A program made the position numbers and the translations under genes. A stretch of 64,000 nt of DNA. Origin: Felis catus (Eukaryota). Location of the stretch: the NCBI RefSeq assembly GCF_018350175.1, contig NC_058369.1, positions 19,408,001 through 19,472,000 of the forward strand, written 5' to 3'. Positions 24,945-36,500 of this stretch are shown piece after piece. The notes under the pieces are model-generated. The model worked only from the letters and a program-made list of their open reading frames with translations. It was not told the DNA's origin and searched no databases. Numbering within the stretch: the stretch's first letter is position 1; each line of letters begins with the position of its first letter.

Positions 24945-25035
24945 TGTTACTGTGAACTCATACTACCCCATCCGTGTCTCAGTTTCCTCCTCTAGAAATT
25001 GGGAATAATTTAGGGCCACCTCGCAGGGTATGAGA
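24945..25035 (+). mobile_element. MIR fragment
   Basis: gtgtctcagtttcctcctctagaaattgggaataat core. Confidence 0.65.
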
Positions 25036-26254
25036 AGGACATGAAAGCAGGTGGTGCAGGGTGTTGCACAGGAATATTTGTGAGTGGACAGGATGGACAG
25101 ATGGCCACACAGCTCAGTATTCTCAGCCCACATGCATGAACAGGAATGGCATCTGGGGAGAGGCTTGGCCCAGGTTCTAACCTGTGACCCTTCCTTCAGG
25201 CAGTACGAGATCAGGTGAGCAAAATCATAGCGGTCCTTGACAAAAGCCAGCCAGAGAGATGTTCTCTACACTTCCAAAGGTGTTCTCTGCTGTGACACAG
25301 GCCTCTGCACCAATGCATCTGAAAAGGCATCTCAACTTCCTCAACCCACCAGATGCAGAACAAGGCCGTTCCAGGGAGGGCTCATAGGAGGGTTATCACA
25401 GAGATTTAAATACACCACGGGTTAAGCACAGTCCACAGGGCAAGATACGAGTTGGGTGATACCAGCCCCCCAGCCTCTGGAGGAGGGACCCAGAAGCCAT
25501 AGGATCCAGGAGGTTGTGTCTGGCCCTGGGCCTGCTACCTCCCTTACACTCCCCAGTGCCACTCAGGGCCAGGACTCTGCTAGCTCCCTGGGTCAGAAGA
25601 GCTTAAGCCGCCACCCCAGCCCCCTGCCCCACATCAATCTTCAGGCCTGTGGCTGGGGGGCTGGGCCTGTGCCATTGTGTGTGCCCGGGTCGGTTGGCAT
25701 GGGAACTTGGAGCAGGAGGCGGGCGGATCACTAATTGCAATTTGCCAAGCTGAATGTCAGGACCATGATGGAAAAAAAAAATCAACATCAAAAGAAACAG
25801 GTATTAGCTTCAGCTTGTTGCTGGCTGAGCCACAGCCTGATGCCCACCTCCACTCCCCACCATGGGGAAAAAACTAACCCCACGCCCAGGAGGAGGCCAG
25901 GCTGCAGACCAGGCTACAAAGGGCAATCAGGCATCAGCTGCTAGCCAGGAGGAGGGCAAAGCCCAGCAGAGAATGGAGAGCTCGCTTGGCCCCTGCGCCT
26001 GTGTACCAGGTGCTGATTGCTTGGCCCTGGCTGTGGATGGACAGTGGGGCAGGTGGCTGTTTTGTGCTCCTGAGACGGAGCCCCGGGGGGGCTAATGTTG
26101 AGATGTGTTGCTGCACAGTCCTGTGTCCAGCTAGGTACAAAAATGGGTGAGGTCAAGGAGCTGCTCTCCAAAGGGAACCATTAGCTCTGCCCTGGCCCTG
26201 ACCTCAGCCATTCACTGGTCGAGGGGACGAATGCCAATCATAATCCTTCCTGGG

Positions 26255-26425
26255 ACTAATATGTACAAGGGCACCCATTATGCACATGGAATGGTGCCGG
26301 CATGCCACCTGCTCTCTCGCTTCAGTCCTCACAAAGAAGCAAACGTTATCATCCCCAATTTACAGATGAGGAAACTGAGACACAGGGGCTTTTTGTGACT
26401 AGCCCAAGATCACCCACCCAAGAAG
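26255..26425 (-). mobile_element. MIR fragment
   Basis: ttatcatccccaatttacagatgaggaaactgagacacag...gcccaagatcac core. Confidence 0.8.
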
Positions 26426-26451
26426 TGAACACAGAAGTTGATGCACGCATA

Positions 26452-26633
26452 TGCTAGAGTCACCAAGGGCCAAGAGTGTGCACTTCCTCCCAGCTCTGCA
26501 TTCAGGACTGTCACTTCGAGAACTTGAAATTGGCCATAGTGGGAATATTTATACTGCAGAAATCAGTAAACGCTACAAATCACAGTTTTTCCCCCTGGAA
26601 AGTGACTTGTAAACATTTACCAGCACACCACTG
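26452..26633 (-). mobile_element. MER63-like hAT DNA transposon (MITE)
   Basis: Terminal aaacatttaccagcacaccactg and internal cttgaaattggccatagtgggaatatttatactgcagaaat...acgctacaaatca match recalled MER63A. Confidence 0.8.
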
Positions 26634-27231
26634 ATTCGGCCCCAGGCTGTTGACTCTTTCCTACTGTATCTATAGGTCTCTCATTCTAGGATCTCACAGA
26701 TAAGTAAAAGAAAATTAATTGGAAGAACAGACACGGATGCCAAGTTTTTATTTTGTTCAGACAACACATTATTATTACAATCACCATCATTTCATCTAAA
26801 AAGACTATTTCAACACTAAAAGAATTTAGAAGAGCCAAATCTCAGGATAAAGTCAAATTCCTCCCAAGACACACACACTCTTTTCTTCCCTTCCTCCCTC
26901 CCACTCTCTCATTCACAATCATACACGTGCACACACACACACTCATGCTCACAGGCACATACAATCTTCCCACTTCCACTCCCAGACTAAACAGCTCTAG
27001 ACTCTGCTGTAGGCCACAGGGACTGGTCCACCCATGACACATCAGGACACACACATCCTCCTGGGATCTAGGGGTGGCTCTAGCCCTTGGTCTGGCACCC
27101 TGGGCCTGACGGACAGACCCCAGGCCCCAGCTACATAATGCCAGGGAAAATAAGTTACTCTAATTATTCACCTAAACCAAACCCAATTAGGAAGGCAATA
27201 TGTATGTCTCAGTATTAAAAAGAACATGATA

Positions 27232-27453
27232 GGGGCACCTGGGTGGCTCAGTCGGTTAAGCGTCTGACTTTGGCTCAGGTCATGATCTCATGGTCCATGA
27301 GTTCGAGTCCCACATTGGGCTCTGTGCTGACAGCTCAGAGCCTGGAGCTTGCTTCGGATTCTGTGTATTCCTCTTGCTCTGTTCCTCCCCCACTCACGCT
27401 CTGTCTCTCAAAAATAAATAAATGTTAAAAAAAAATAAATAAGTGAAATAAAA
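27232..27453 (+). mobile_element. CAN-SINE (SINEC_Fc type)
   Basis: Full element with perfect 16-bp TSD taaaaagaacatgata (27216-27231 / 27454-27469). Confidence 0.96.
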
Positions 27454-28314
27454 TAAAAAGAACATGATAGATAAATCATTTCACTGTCACAGAGAAGAGA
27501 TTCTGTGGGTTCCAGGGTTTGGCTAGGGTACCAGTGCTGGCTCCAAAGGGTGACAAAAGGGACTAATGAGGCCAGGAGTCAACTATGCACCTATAGAGTT
27601 CCTGTCTGAAGGCTGGAGAAACCACCCACCAAGCCAAGGCTAACCTTAGCCAGATACAGTCATACTCTTTCTAGCAGAATGGCATGGAGGATTTGGAAGT
27701 ATGGGGGATATATCAGGATCCACGGACCTGCTGGGTCAAAGGCAAGCTGATCAAATCTTGTCTGGGCTCCCTTTAGCCTGGGTCCAGGTGCCTAGCTCTG
27801 CAACGCCTCCCTGGTCAGACAGTGTTGCCCGTGGGTCACCCTCCCAACAGGGTAGGCCCACCTGCTGGCTCCCTACATCCCTGTGATTTTCCATGCTCTT
27901 CATCGAGATGACACTGCTTATCTCCAAGTGTCTCTAAGTGCCAAATTAGCAAGACAGGGAGGAGAGAGAGTGTCTGGGAGGAGGCACGTGCAGCCAGGGG
28001 CTGCAGCCCTCAGGATGACTGGCATGGGCAGGAGAGGGAGAGGCTGAGGACAGAGCCTTGTATCCCTGTAACCTCCATGTGCCTGAACCCAGGGAGGTGC
28101 AGGCACTGGGCCCCCATTCCATAAGCTAAAAAACTGAGGCCCCTGGCAAGGATGGGTGCAGGGCCACATACTTAGAAAGAAGCCAGACCTGTCCTCCTGG
28201 CTCCATCAGCTCCCTGACCCCACCCTTCCAGGACAAGGCAGCTTCTGGGCAGTCTCCTGCAGCAGTGGCTGGCTGTGTGACCTGGAGGGAGGGGGAGGAT
28301 TGAGCTCCATTCAA

Positions 28315-28532
28315 TTTTTTTTTTTTAACGTTTATTTATTGAGAGACAGAGAGACACAGAGCGTGAGCAGGGGAGGGGCAGAGAGAGGGGGAGACATAGA
28401 ATCTGAAGTAGGTTCCAGGCTCTGAGCTGTTGGGCTCTGTGCCCCCCGACACGGGGCTCGAACTCACAAACTGTGAGATCATGACCTGAGCCGAAGTCGG
28501 CTGCCCAACCAACTGAGCCACCCAGGTGCCCC
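28315..28532 (-). mobile_element. CAN-SINE (SINEC_Fc type) with internal micro-inversion
   Basis: Reverse-strand element; TSD ggattgagctccattca (28297-28313) / ggattgagctcccttca (28534-28550). Confidence 0.95.
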
Positions 28533-31500
28533 TGGATTGAGCTCCCTTCAAATCTCAGCATTCTGGTCTGTAAATAGGGGAAATGACTGGCTGAATAGTG
28601 TCAATGGCCAAATCTACGTGGCAGCCTTGATGTCTGGCATACTTACCAGGCACTCCTGGGGGCTAGAAGCCTATCCAATACAGCCCCCGGTGTTTATAAA
28701 ATCTCCTAGGAATGCCTGCACTTGGGGAGAAGGATGTGGAGGGAGGCAGTGTAGAAAGGATTCCCCTAATGGCTAAGAGAGGCCAGGAGTGGGCAAAGGG
28801 CAGAGGTACACTCGTCCCAGGCCTGGCAGGCTGAGGGCAGGCTGAGGGCAGCCCAGCGGGAAGAAGACCGAGGGGCTGCAGGACGCCAGGCCTTGCTCTC
28901 CAGGACACGCTTCAGAACTGAGAAGAGTAAGTGAAAGAAGAGGCCTTGTCACTATCAGGCAAGGGAGCAAGGTCATCCACATGTATGGTGAGGAGCTGGG
29001 GATGAGGACCCCCTTTGGCAGGCAGAACCACCGAGACCCCAGTTAGTACCCGGGGGAGGCCCTGGTCAAACTACAGAGCCCACCCTGGGGGCCTCCAGCT
29101 CTGAGCTGCACAGGCTCCCCCAGAGGGGAGGGGCAGGGCAGGGGGAGGGGGTAGGAGAAGCCCAGAGAAGGGGAGAGGGGGAGAGGGATGAGGGGAAAAA
29201 AGGAAAGAGCCTATGTGCAGATGCAGCAGCACAGATTAAACTGTTGCCAGTTGTTAATTTTATACGCAAAGTTGTTGATCAGAATGTGATTTAATTGTAC
29301 AGTATAATCCAGGCTTTTGGAATAAATTATGCAGAAAACTCATCTATAATTAAACAAATCAAAAAACCAGAGACAGGTGACACTGCAGGTTTACCCTCGG
29401 AGGGCATGGGTGGGTGTGGGCGGCTGGACCCTGCAGAAGGGCAAGGAGGGAAGGAGGCAGGATTTGTTCCAGAGCAGACAGGAGCAGGTCCAGGGAGGCC
29501 AAGGCCTAATAGGGGCCTCCCAATATCTGCCTCTGCGGTGTCGTCCTTACCACTGCTATGGAGGCATTTTGCCATCAAAGCCCAGCTGTAGGCTGCCTCC
29601 ACCAGGCAGGCTGCCTGGATAAATCTGGTTCCACTGGATACCTATGAGCAATCTACTGTCCCCCCACTAGCTCAGCAGAGCAGCCATCATGTCGGGGTTG
29701 GAGGTGTGCCAAGTGTGGAATTGTAGGTGAAGCGGAAGGGGCAGATGGCAAAACAGAGGACTAGGCTGGGGCAGGTGAGGGGTGTGGGGGAGCAGGCACA
29801 GTGGAGGCCACTTGCTGCTAAGGGCATGTGAACCAAACTTGGCAGTAGTGGCAGCCCACAGGTCTCCTGCTTCTCTCATGACAGGCTGGCCAATTATTCT
29901 CCCAGCTCTGGGGGAGGCGATGATTTAAAATAAATTGCTATTTAATTATTCTGATTATATTTCAGCTGGCCTGCCACCTCCCACCTCGGTGCCTTCGCAG
30001 TCTTCTGAAGGAGAAAGAAGAAAAGATAGGGCAGGAGAAGGGTAGTAAGAGACAGACAGAGAGATACAGACATGAACAAAGCCCAAGAGAGGTGGGCTAG
30101 AGGGCCTGTGTCAGGCTGACCCCAGCCCAGGGGAAGATAACTGGTGAGTGGGCAAGGGGTCCACTCCCCACCCTGGCCTAGGGGGCCTGTGTCGGTCCCC
30201 CAACAGTCACCCAAAGCTCAGAGAACAGCTGTAGCCTCTGCTGAAGCAGAGCACCAGCCATGGCCAGCCCTCCCCTAGATTACAGCCTTGCTGTAAATAG
30301 CAGAAAACTCAAGGCTGCACCCCAGGATTGTGGCACCTCCGGAGCCACCTCTACCAGGGAGTCCTCCCTGACCACTCAGGTGAATGTCCCTCTCCACCTA
30401 GACTGAGTGCCAGGATCCAGCCCTGGCTCTTCTGAAGCCTTGAGCCAGATGTATCCTTTTAGGCCTCAGTTTTCCTATCTGGAAAACGGAGATAAAGCTT
30501 ACCACGTGTCTACTCTCAGGATCCAAAGAAGAGGCAGGTGGACACCAGGGTCCCGTGGAAGGAATGTCAGCAATGATGACTGCCCCACACACTCATGTGC
30601 ACAGACCCACAGTCCAATCTTCTTCCGCAGACCTGCAGCTCACTAAGCATGGGATCGCTGTGCCTCTTCCTTAGACTGAGGCCTCCAGGTGGGCTGCAGC
30701 CCCTCCCTGCACTGCCCTAGAGACCTTGACAGAGGCATAATCCCTGGGAAGGGCAGGGCCTCCCGTGATCAGAGAAAACTTCCCTTTGCCTACTCAAGAG
30801 AGAAGATGCTTGAGCCTCAAAGGCCTTTTTCAGGGCTCAAAGCCAGTGTAAAACCCCTGACCCTGATTCGATCGCAGCCTCCCAAGGATGGCAGAGGGGA
30901 AAAGTCTAGCCAAGGTCATTCGCTCCTGAGAGAACAACTGCGCCCAGCTACTCCTGGCCAAGGACATGAGAGCGCCTACAGATGTGGAGGCCAGTCAGCA
31001 CGGGGTGAGTGGGGAGCATGCTGGACCAGCTGATTCATGGTGGAATGAGGCTCCCCAGCTAGCCACCACCCCTTCAATAGGTAAACTGAGGCAAAGGACT
31101 CAAAGAAACTGGCCCATCTTCAACTGATTTATGATTCAGCTAAACAAACCCCTATAGTATGGGCAACATAGCACCTGACCCCCTATGCCATCCCCATCCC
31201 ACCATCCCCAAGCACACAGGGACAAAGGCAGTCCACTTATCACAAGCGATTCTCAGAGACCCGGGGGAGCTGGGGAGGGGCTGGTGCTGCCAAAGCTTGA
31301 ATTAGTCCAAATCCATCGGCCTCGACTATGTGTATCTTGGGACCCTGCCCAAATACTGCTCCTTAATGAGGTTATTAATTATGGGCTGTCCCTTCCCTAT
31401 CTTTCCTGGGGAAAAAGCTTTTCCTTCTAGTTGGCTCTCAGCTAGAAGGCAGCGAGACTGTGCCTCCCTCCCTCAGACTAACAGTGAACAATCAGCCAGC

Positions 31501-32539
31501 TTTAATTAGGGCGCTGGGTCCAGCCCAGTATTTACTCCTAACAGCCTGAGTGGGGGGAGGGCAGGAGAAGACCTGGAGCCAGAGAGCAGCATGGCCCCGG
31601 GCTGGGAGCGCCAGGCAGCCCACTTGGCCCAGAGAGGGATGGAGAGTGTCCAGACTCACACAGCAAATGGTCACAGACCTCGGCCTCACTCCCCACCATC
31701 AGTGCAGGATTAAGGCATACAGGGGCAGCAGCAGTCAGGAAGGACCCATAGACGATGTAGGCCTCAGCCAGGGTTGTTCTGGCTGAGAAGGGGAAAGAGG
31801 TTCCCCAGCAGTGGTTAGGGAAGCATGGAGGGTCACCTGAGCCTGACTTCAGTTTCTGCCACGGTTAGCTCTGTGACCTTGGTAACATCCTTTCGTCTCT
31901 CTGGGAGTGAGGTGGTTGTCACACCCACAGTCACGGGGTTCCTGAGCAGGACCCTGCTCACCATACCTGGTCTGGAGTTTTCCAGCAGTAGGGAGAAGAG
32001 CCTAAGGGGGACGGCTCCAGCCTCCATGAGAGCAGCCCTTGCAGTACCTGGAGAGTGGCTGGGGAAGACACCAAGGGGCAGGGAAGGCATGGGGACCCAG
32101 GCCAGAGTTCATGTTGGAGGGCCTTGGTGATGGCCTGGGTGGGAAGGAGGAGCTCTGAGGCCGTCTTCCCCCCAGCCCCTGTCGTATAACAAGCCCTGCT
32201 CTGTGGCCCACATCTAGCCCTGTGCTTCGTCTCTCCAGATCTCCGTTTGTGTCTCTTTGCCCAAGGAGGAGCGGTCTGAGGCCTCCACAGGCCATCTGGA
32301 GACCCATTTCCCAAGGGCTCTAATTGGGGTCTTCCTTCCTGGGGCCTGTGCCTGTGAGTCAGGCATCACAGCGGTGACAGGCCAGGGCTCTCACTGCACT
32401 GCCTCGATTCATCTTCAAGTCAATCGTTCAACCCTACTCCCCAGAGGGGGAAACTGAGGCACAGAGCAACTGAGTGATGTGCCCAAGGTCACATAGCTAA
32501 TGAATGCCAGTCAGGATGACACACACCTCTCCTCAGGAC

Positions 32540-33400
32540 CCCAGTTCTCAAATGTCCAGCTGCTGGTGTCCCATGGCTACCTGGATGTCTAACAGGCCTT
32601 TCAAACTGAATGGATCCAAAACCGATTCCCCGACCTCCCTCTGGATCCTCACTCTCCCTTCTCTCCCTCACCACCTACTTCCCTTGACTCAGCTGATGGC
32701 AGCTCCCTCTGTTCAGGCCCAAAGCCTCAGGGTGACCTGGAATCTGCTTTCTCTCTATCAGCAAGTCCTGTTCACCACACCTGTACAAAGTGTCCAAATC
32801 TGCCCGCTGCCTACCACCTCCCTGGCCCACAGCCTGCCCCGGGTTGCCACCATCTCTCCCTAGGACACATACAGTCGTCAGCTCACCGGTCTTCAGCTTC
32901 TGCCCTCACTCTCATCTTTCCTGGTCCGTTCACCTCCATGCACAGCCTGTTGGAATTATGTCCTTCCTCTCTCAACACTATGCTGCAGCTCTATGCCATC
33001 ACAGGAGGGCAAAGTCTGTCCAGCGGCCGTCCACCCAGTGGTATCCTTGCCCTTGCTCCTCAGGCCACACTGGCCTCCTCACTGGGGCTTGAATAGACTC
33101 CTGTACTCTGTGCACAGGCCTTTGCACATGCTGTTCCCCCTGCCTCGATCGGTCCTTCCTCAGAAGTCCAGGGGGCCCCTCTCTCACTGCCTTCAGGTCT
33201 CTGCACACACATCAACTGCTGGGTGAAGTCCACTTTCACACTCCACTTTAAGTGGGCCCCCCAAACAGCAACTGATCTCCACATGCCTCCTGGGGCTACT
33301 ATGTTAGCTAGCATTGCACCGGACATCCTCTCTTTTGTCTACAGTCCGCCTCTGCCTGGGGCTATGAGCCCTGAGGGAGGAGGCTCTCGTTCTTCAGCCG
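32540..33400 (+). mobile_element. L2 LINE 3' fragment
   Basis: cctggatgtctaacaggcctttcaaactgaatggatccaaaacc (WMSNR.FKLN.SKT, L2 ORF2 remnant) and caggcctttgcacatgctgttccccctgcct. Confidence 0.8.
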
Positions 33401-35229
33401 GGAAGAATAGGCCATTTGCTAAGTGGCTGCACCTCCCCAGAGTCGGGTGACCTCCCCACTACCCTGCCCTACCTTGCGTGCCACAGGAGCAGGCAGGTGG
33501 GCTGATAGGAGAAGGCTGCAGAGGGGCTGGAAGTCTAGTGGCTGCCCCAGGGCTGGCCCAGGAGGCCCTCCCTTTCCCTGGCTCCTCTCCGTATGAATTA
33601 TTAAAGTTCATTTATGATGGGCCTGCCCAGGCCTGTGGCTTCTGTGCATAATTCATGGCTCTCCCAGAAGGGCTGGGCGCTGGAGCAGCCAATTTTTCCA
33701 GGAAGCAAAAAGAAAGTGCAAGGAAGGAGTAGCCCAGACCTGGGCTGTCTTCTCCATATCTCTTGTTTTCTTGTCCCATCTGGGGCACCCCAGCGACTCT
33801 ACCTACCCCTGCCCCATGGTGCCTTCTCCTGCACGTTTGGATTCTGATTCCTAGCGCCTGAGTCCATGGGCTTTGTGCATGCTCATCCATCTCTGTGCCT
33901 CAGTTTCCCATCTGTGGACAGATGGAGTTGTGGTTTTCAAACTGCAGTGGCAGTCGGATCATCCACCTCAGCTCCCCTGGTGGGTGAGGATCATGGATCT
34001 CCGGGGCACCGACACCCAGGTGTCATTGTTTGTGAATTTCCCAGCAGTTTAGGGCTGGGACACAGCAGTGAACAAGAAGAGTTCAAGAACCAGCTGAGGC
34101 CTCTCCAGAGTAAAGCAAAGGGTCCCAGCCAAGGACACAGGGTATCTGCCAGCCACTCTGCCCAGAATCCACCGTCTGCTCCCCAGGCTGGGAGCCACCT
34201 GCCCTAGTCACTGGCACAGATCGTGGACATTTTTAGGTCTGCAGTACCTGCTTCTCTCTCCAGCATATTCCCCAGGGAGTCGGGCACAATGGGAAGGTAA
34301 CCCCTACTCAGGCCCATTTAGCAAATGGATAAACCAACGTTAACAAAGCTGACTCTTAGGAGGGGGATATATCGCCGCAGCCTCTGTATGCCCATCCCTG
34401 TGCTGTCACGGGGGAGCCACGTCCAAGCCTGGTCTCAAGAGGTGCACAGTAGGGTTGAAGCATCTGGAGAGGTTACCAGGTGAGTCAGGGAGGAACCCAG
34501 GAGCTTCAGCTGCCAATCCCTGCCCCATACCAATAGCTGAAGCCTGATTGGAAGTGGTAACACAGGCTCTATCCATGTGTCACCAACTACTCCAGTCAGA
34601 TTCTGTGATTCATTCGTCCCCATCTCCCCTCCTGCACATCCTCCCCACCCCCCAAAGTGAGTCAAATCCTCGATGAGCCACAAATAGCTGTCCTCTGTGT
34701 GCATCCTTGACATGGCCTCCTGCCTTGAGGAGAACAGAGACCCCCCCCCCCCCCCCTCCTCAGGATCCTCTGTTCTTCCTCAGGACAGAGATCTCCCTGT
34801 GGAAAATGGCAGGGCCCCGGAGGACATCCAGGTACAGAGACAAGGTGGAGCAAAGACCATAACTAAACCTATCAGGCTCAGCTTTGTTCTCTGGCCTTGT
34901 GTCCCTTCCACCAAGTCATCTCCACTAGGAAGTCTTCCTGGATTTCCTCCACCCCGTCCCTAACCTATAGTCCTCACCTCATTTTACTGACCCTTGCCTT
35001 AAGTTGGGGCTGTAGCCTGGTCCCATCACCAAGCTCCCTTCAGAGCTTAGCTTGCAGTATGGCAAAGAAGAGTCTTCTGGAAATGCCTCAGGATATATTT
35101 ACCCAAACATCCTGCCCTCACCAGACTGATGTCTACCCTGTTCACCTCCTTCAGCAGTGGGAGAGAAGCTGCAGGGCAGGGCTGGGAAAGGGCCTCCAAC
35201 TTCAGCAGGTGGCATAACACCAAGGAAAG

Positions 35230-35445
35230 GACTAGTGATGTGGAGCACTCACTGTATGCTGGATGCTTTGTGTGTGGTTCCCACTGATGTCACACAGCAC
35301 CCACGGCTAGGTGCAGACCAGTCCAGGCCCACTTCATGGATGAAGACTCTGAGGCCCAGGGGGTGAAGCAACACACTCAAGGCTACACAGCCAGTCTATG
35401 CTGAACTGTAATTTGAACCCAGCAAAGTATGGCTCCAGAGACCAG
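35230..35445 (-). mobile_element. MIR
   Basis: gagcactcactgtatgc...gatgaagactctgaggcccag...caaggctacacagccagt...atttgaacccag...ggctccagag. Confidence 0.75.
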
Positions 35446-36124
35446 GGCGTGTCTTCTAGGGCCTCCCTAATCTTAAGGTGGATGCCAATGGCCAAGATTT
35501 AAAGTAGGAAATAGGGTGCAGATAAGGGCTACCCCCTCATTTATGACCTTTTCCAGCTTTGAGAAGGGGCCTGCCCTTACATTCGAGCCCCTACTGCCTC
35601 CCCAATAATTGGGAAATTATTCCTTATACCCCTCCAGGGCTGTCCTACCATAGGCATGTTGTCTCAGCACTGTGAAGCCCACGCCCCCTCCAATTCCCCC
35701 CTAGAGAGCCTGGACTAGGTTGGAAGGAGGGATGCCCACTTCCTCTGGGATTTGCTTCTTGCTAGCACCTAGCTTCTCAGAGCCTCGAAGCTGCATGTAA
35801 ATCGAATGTGAGTGCTCAACCCGCCTTGACACGCTTTGGGCTGGTTACTCTCAGGTGCTCTGTGGTGAATCCTTTAGCAATGCAAATCCCCTCTGTGGGC
35901 TGCGTGGCATCCAGAGCTGCAGCAAGGAGGGGGATTCAGCAGCCACCTCGGCAAGTGCCCCTCCTTCTGAGGAGCCCCAGGGAGGTGGCCAGGCCAAGAG
36001 GAGCCACTCTGCCTGGTGAGCCTGAGTTGTCCTTGGGGCTGGCTTAAGGAGAGCGGGGCTTATTCCTGACAAAATATTCTGCAGGTTGTTTCCAGCCTTC
36101 CACAAATTCCCCACTAGCTCATGT

Positions 36125-36500
36125 ACTCTCTATTCATTCATTCAGATGGTTACTGGGCCAGGCTGCAGGCTGGGCACTGGGAAGGGAAACAGTGGTGATC
36201 AGGGCAGGTGTGAGCCTTGCCCTCAGGAGCTTGGAATTCAAGGAGAACAGACATCAGATCTGATCCAGACCCGATGAGTGGAGGGAAGAGGAGTCTAGTG
36301 ATGCATGCCAAGGGCCTGACCCAACCTGGGGGGCTGGCCAGGTGAAGGTGGCACTGCAGAGCTGGTGGGCAGTCCAGACAGAGGGTGCGGCAGGCACAAA
36401 GCCCAGGAGCGAGGTGAGCTCTGCCCACAACGAAGTCCCGTGAACACACCCAGACCAGCCACAGGCACGAAGGCAGGCTGCTCTCCCACACGGGGTCCTG
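36125..36500 (-). mobile_element. L2 3' end fragment
   Basis: attcattcattca terminal repeat followed by ctgggcactggg...ccttgccctcaggagctt...gagaacagaca. Confidence 0.65.
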
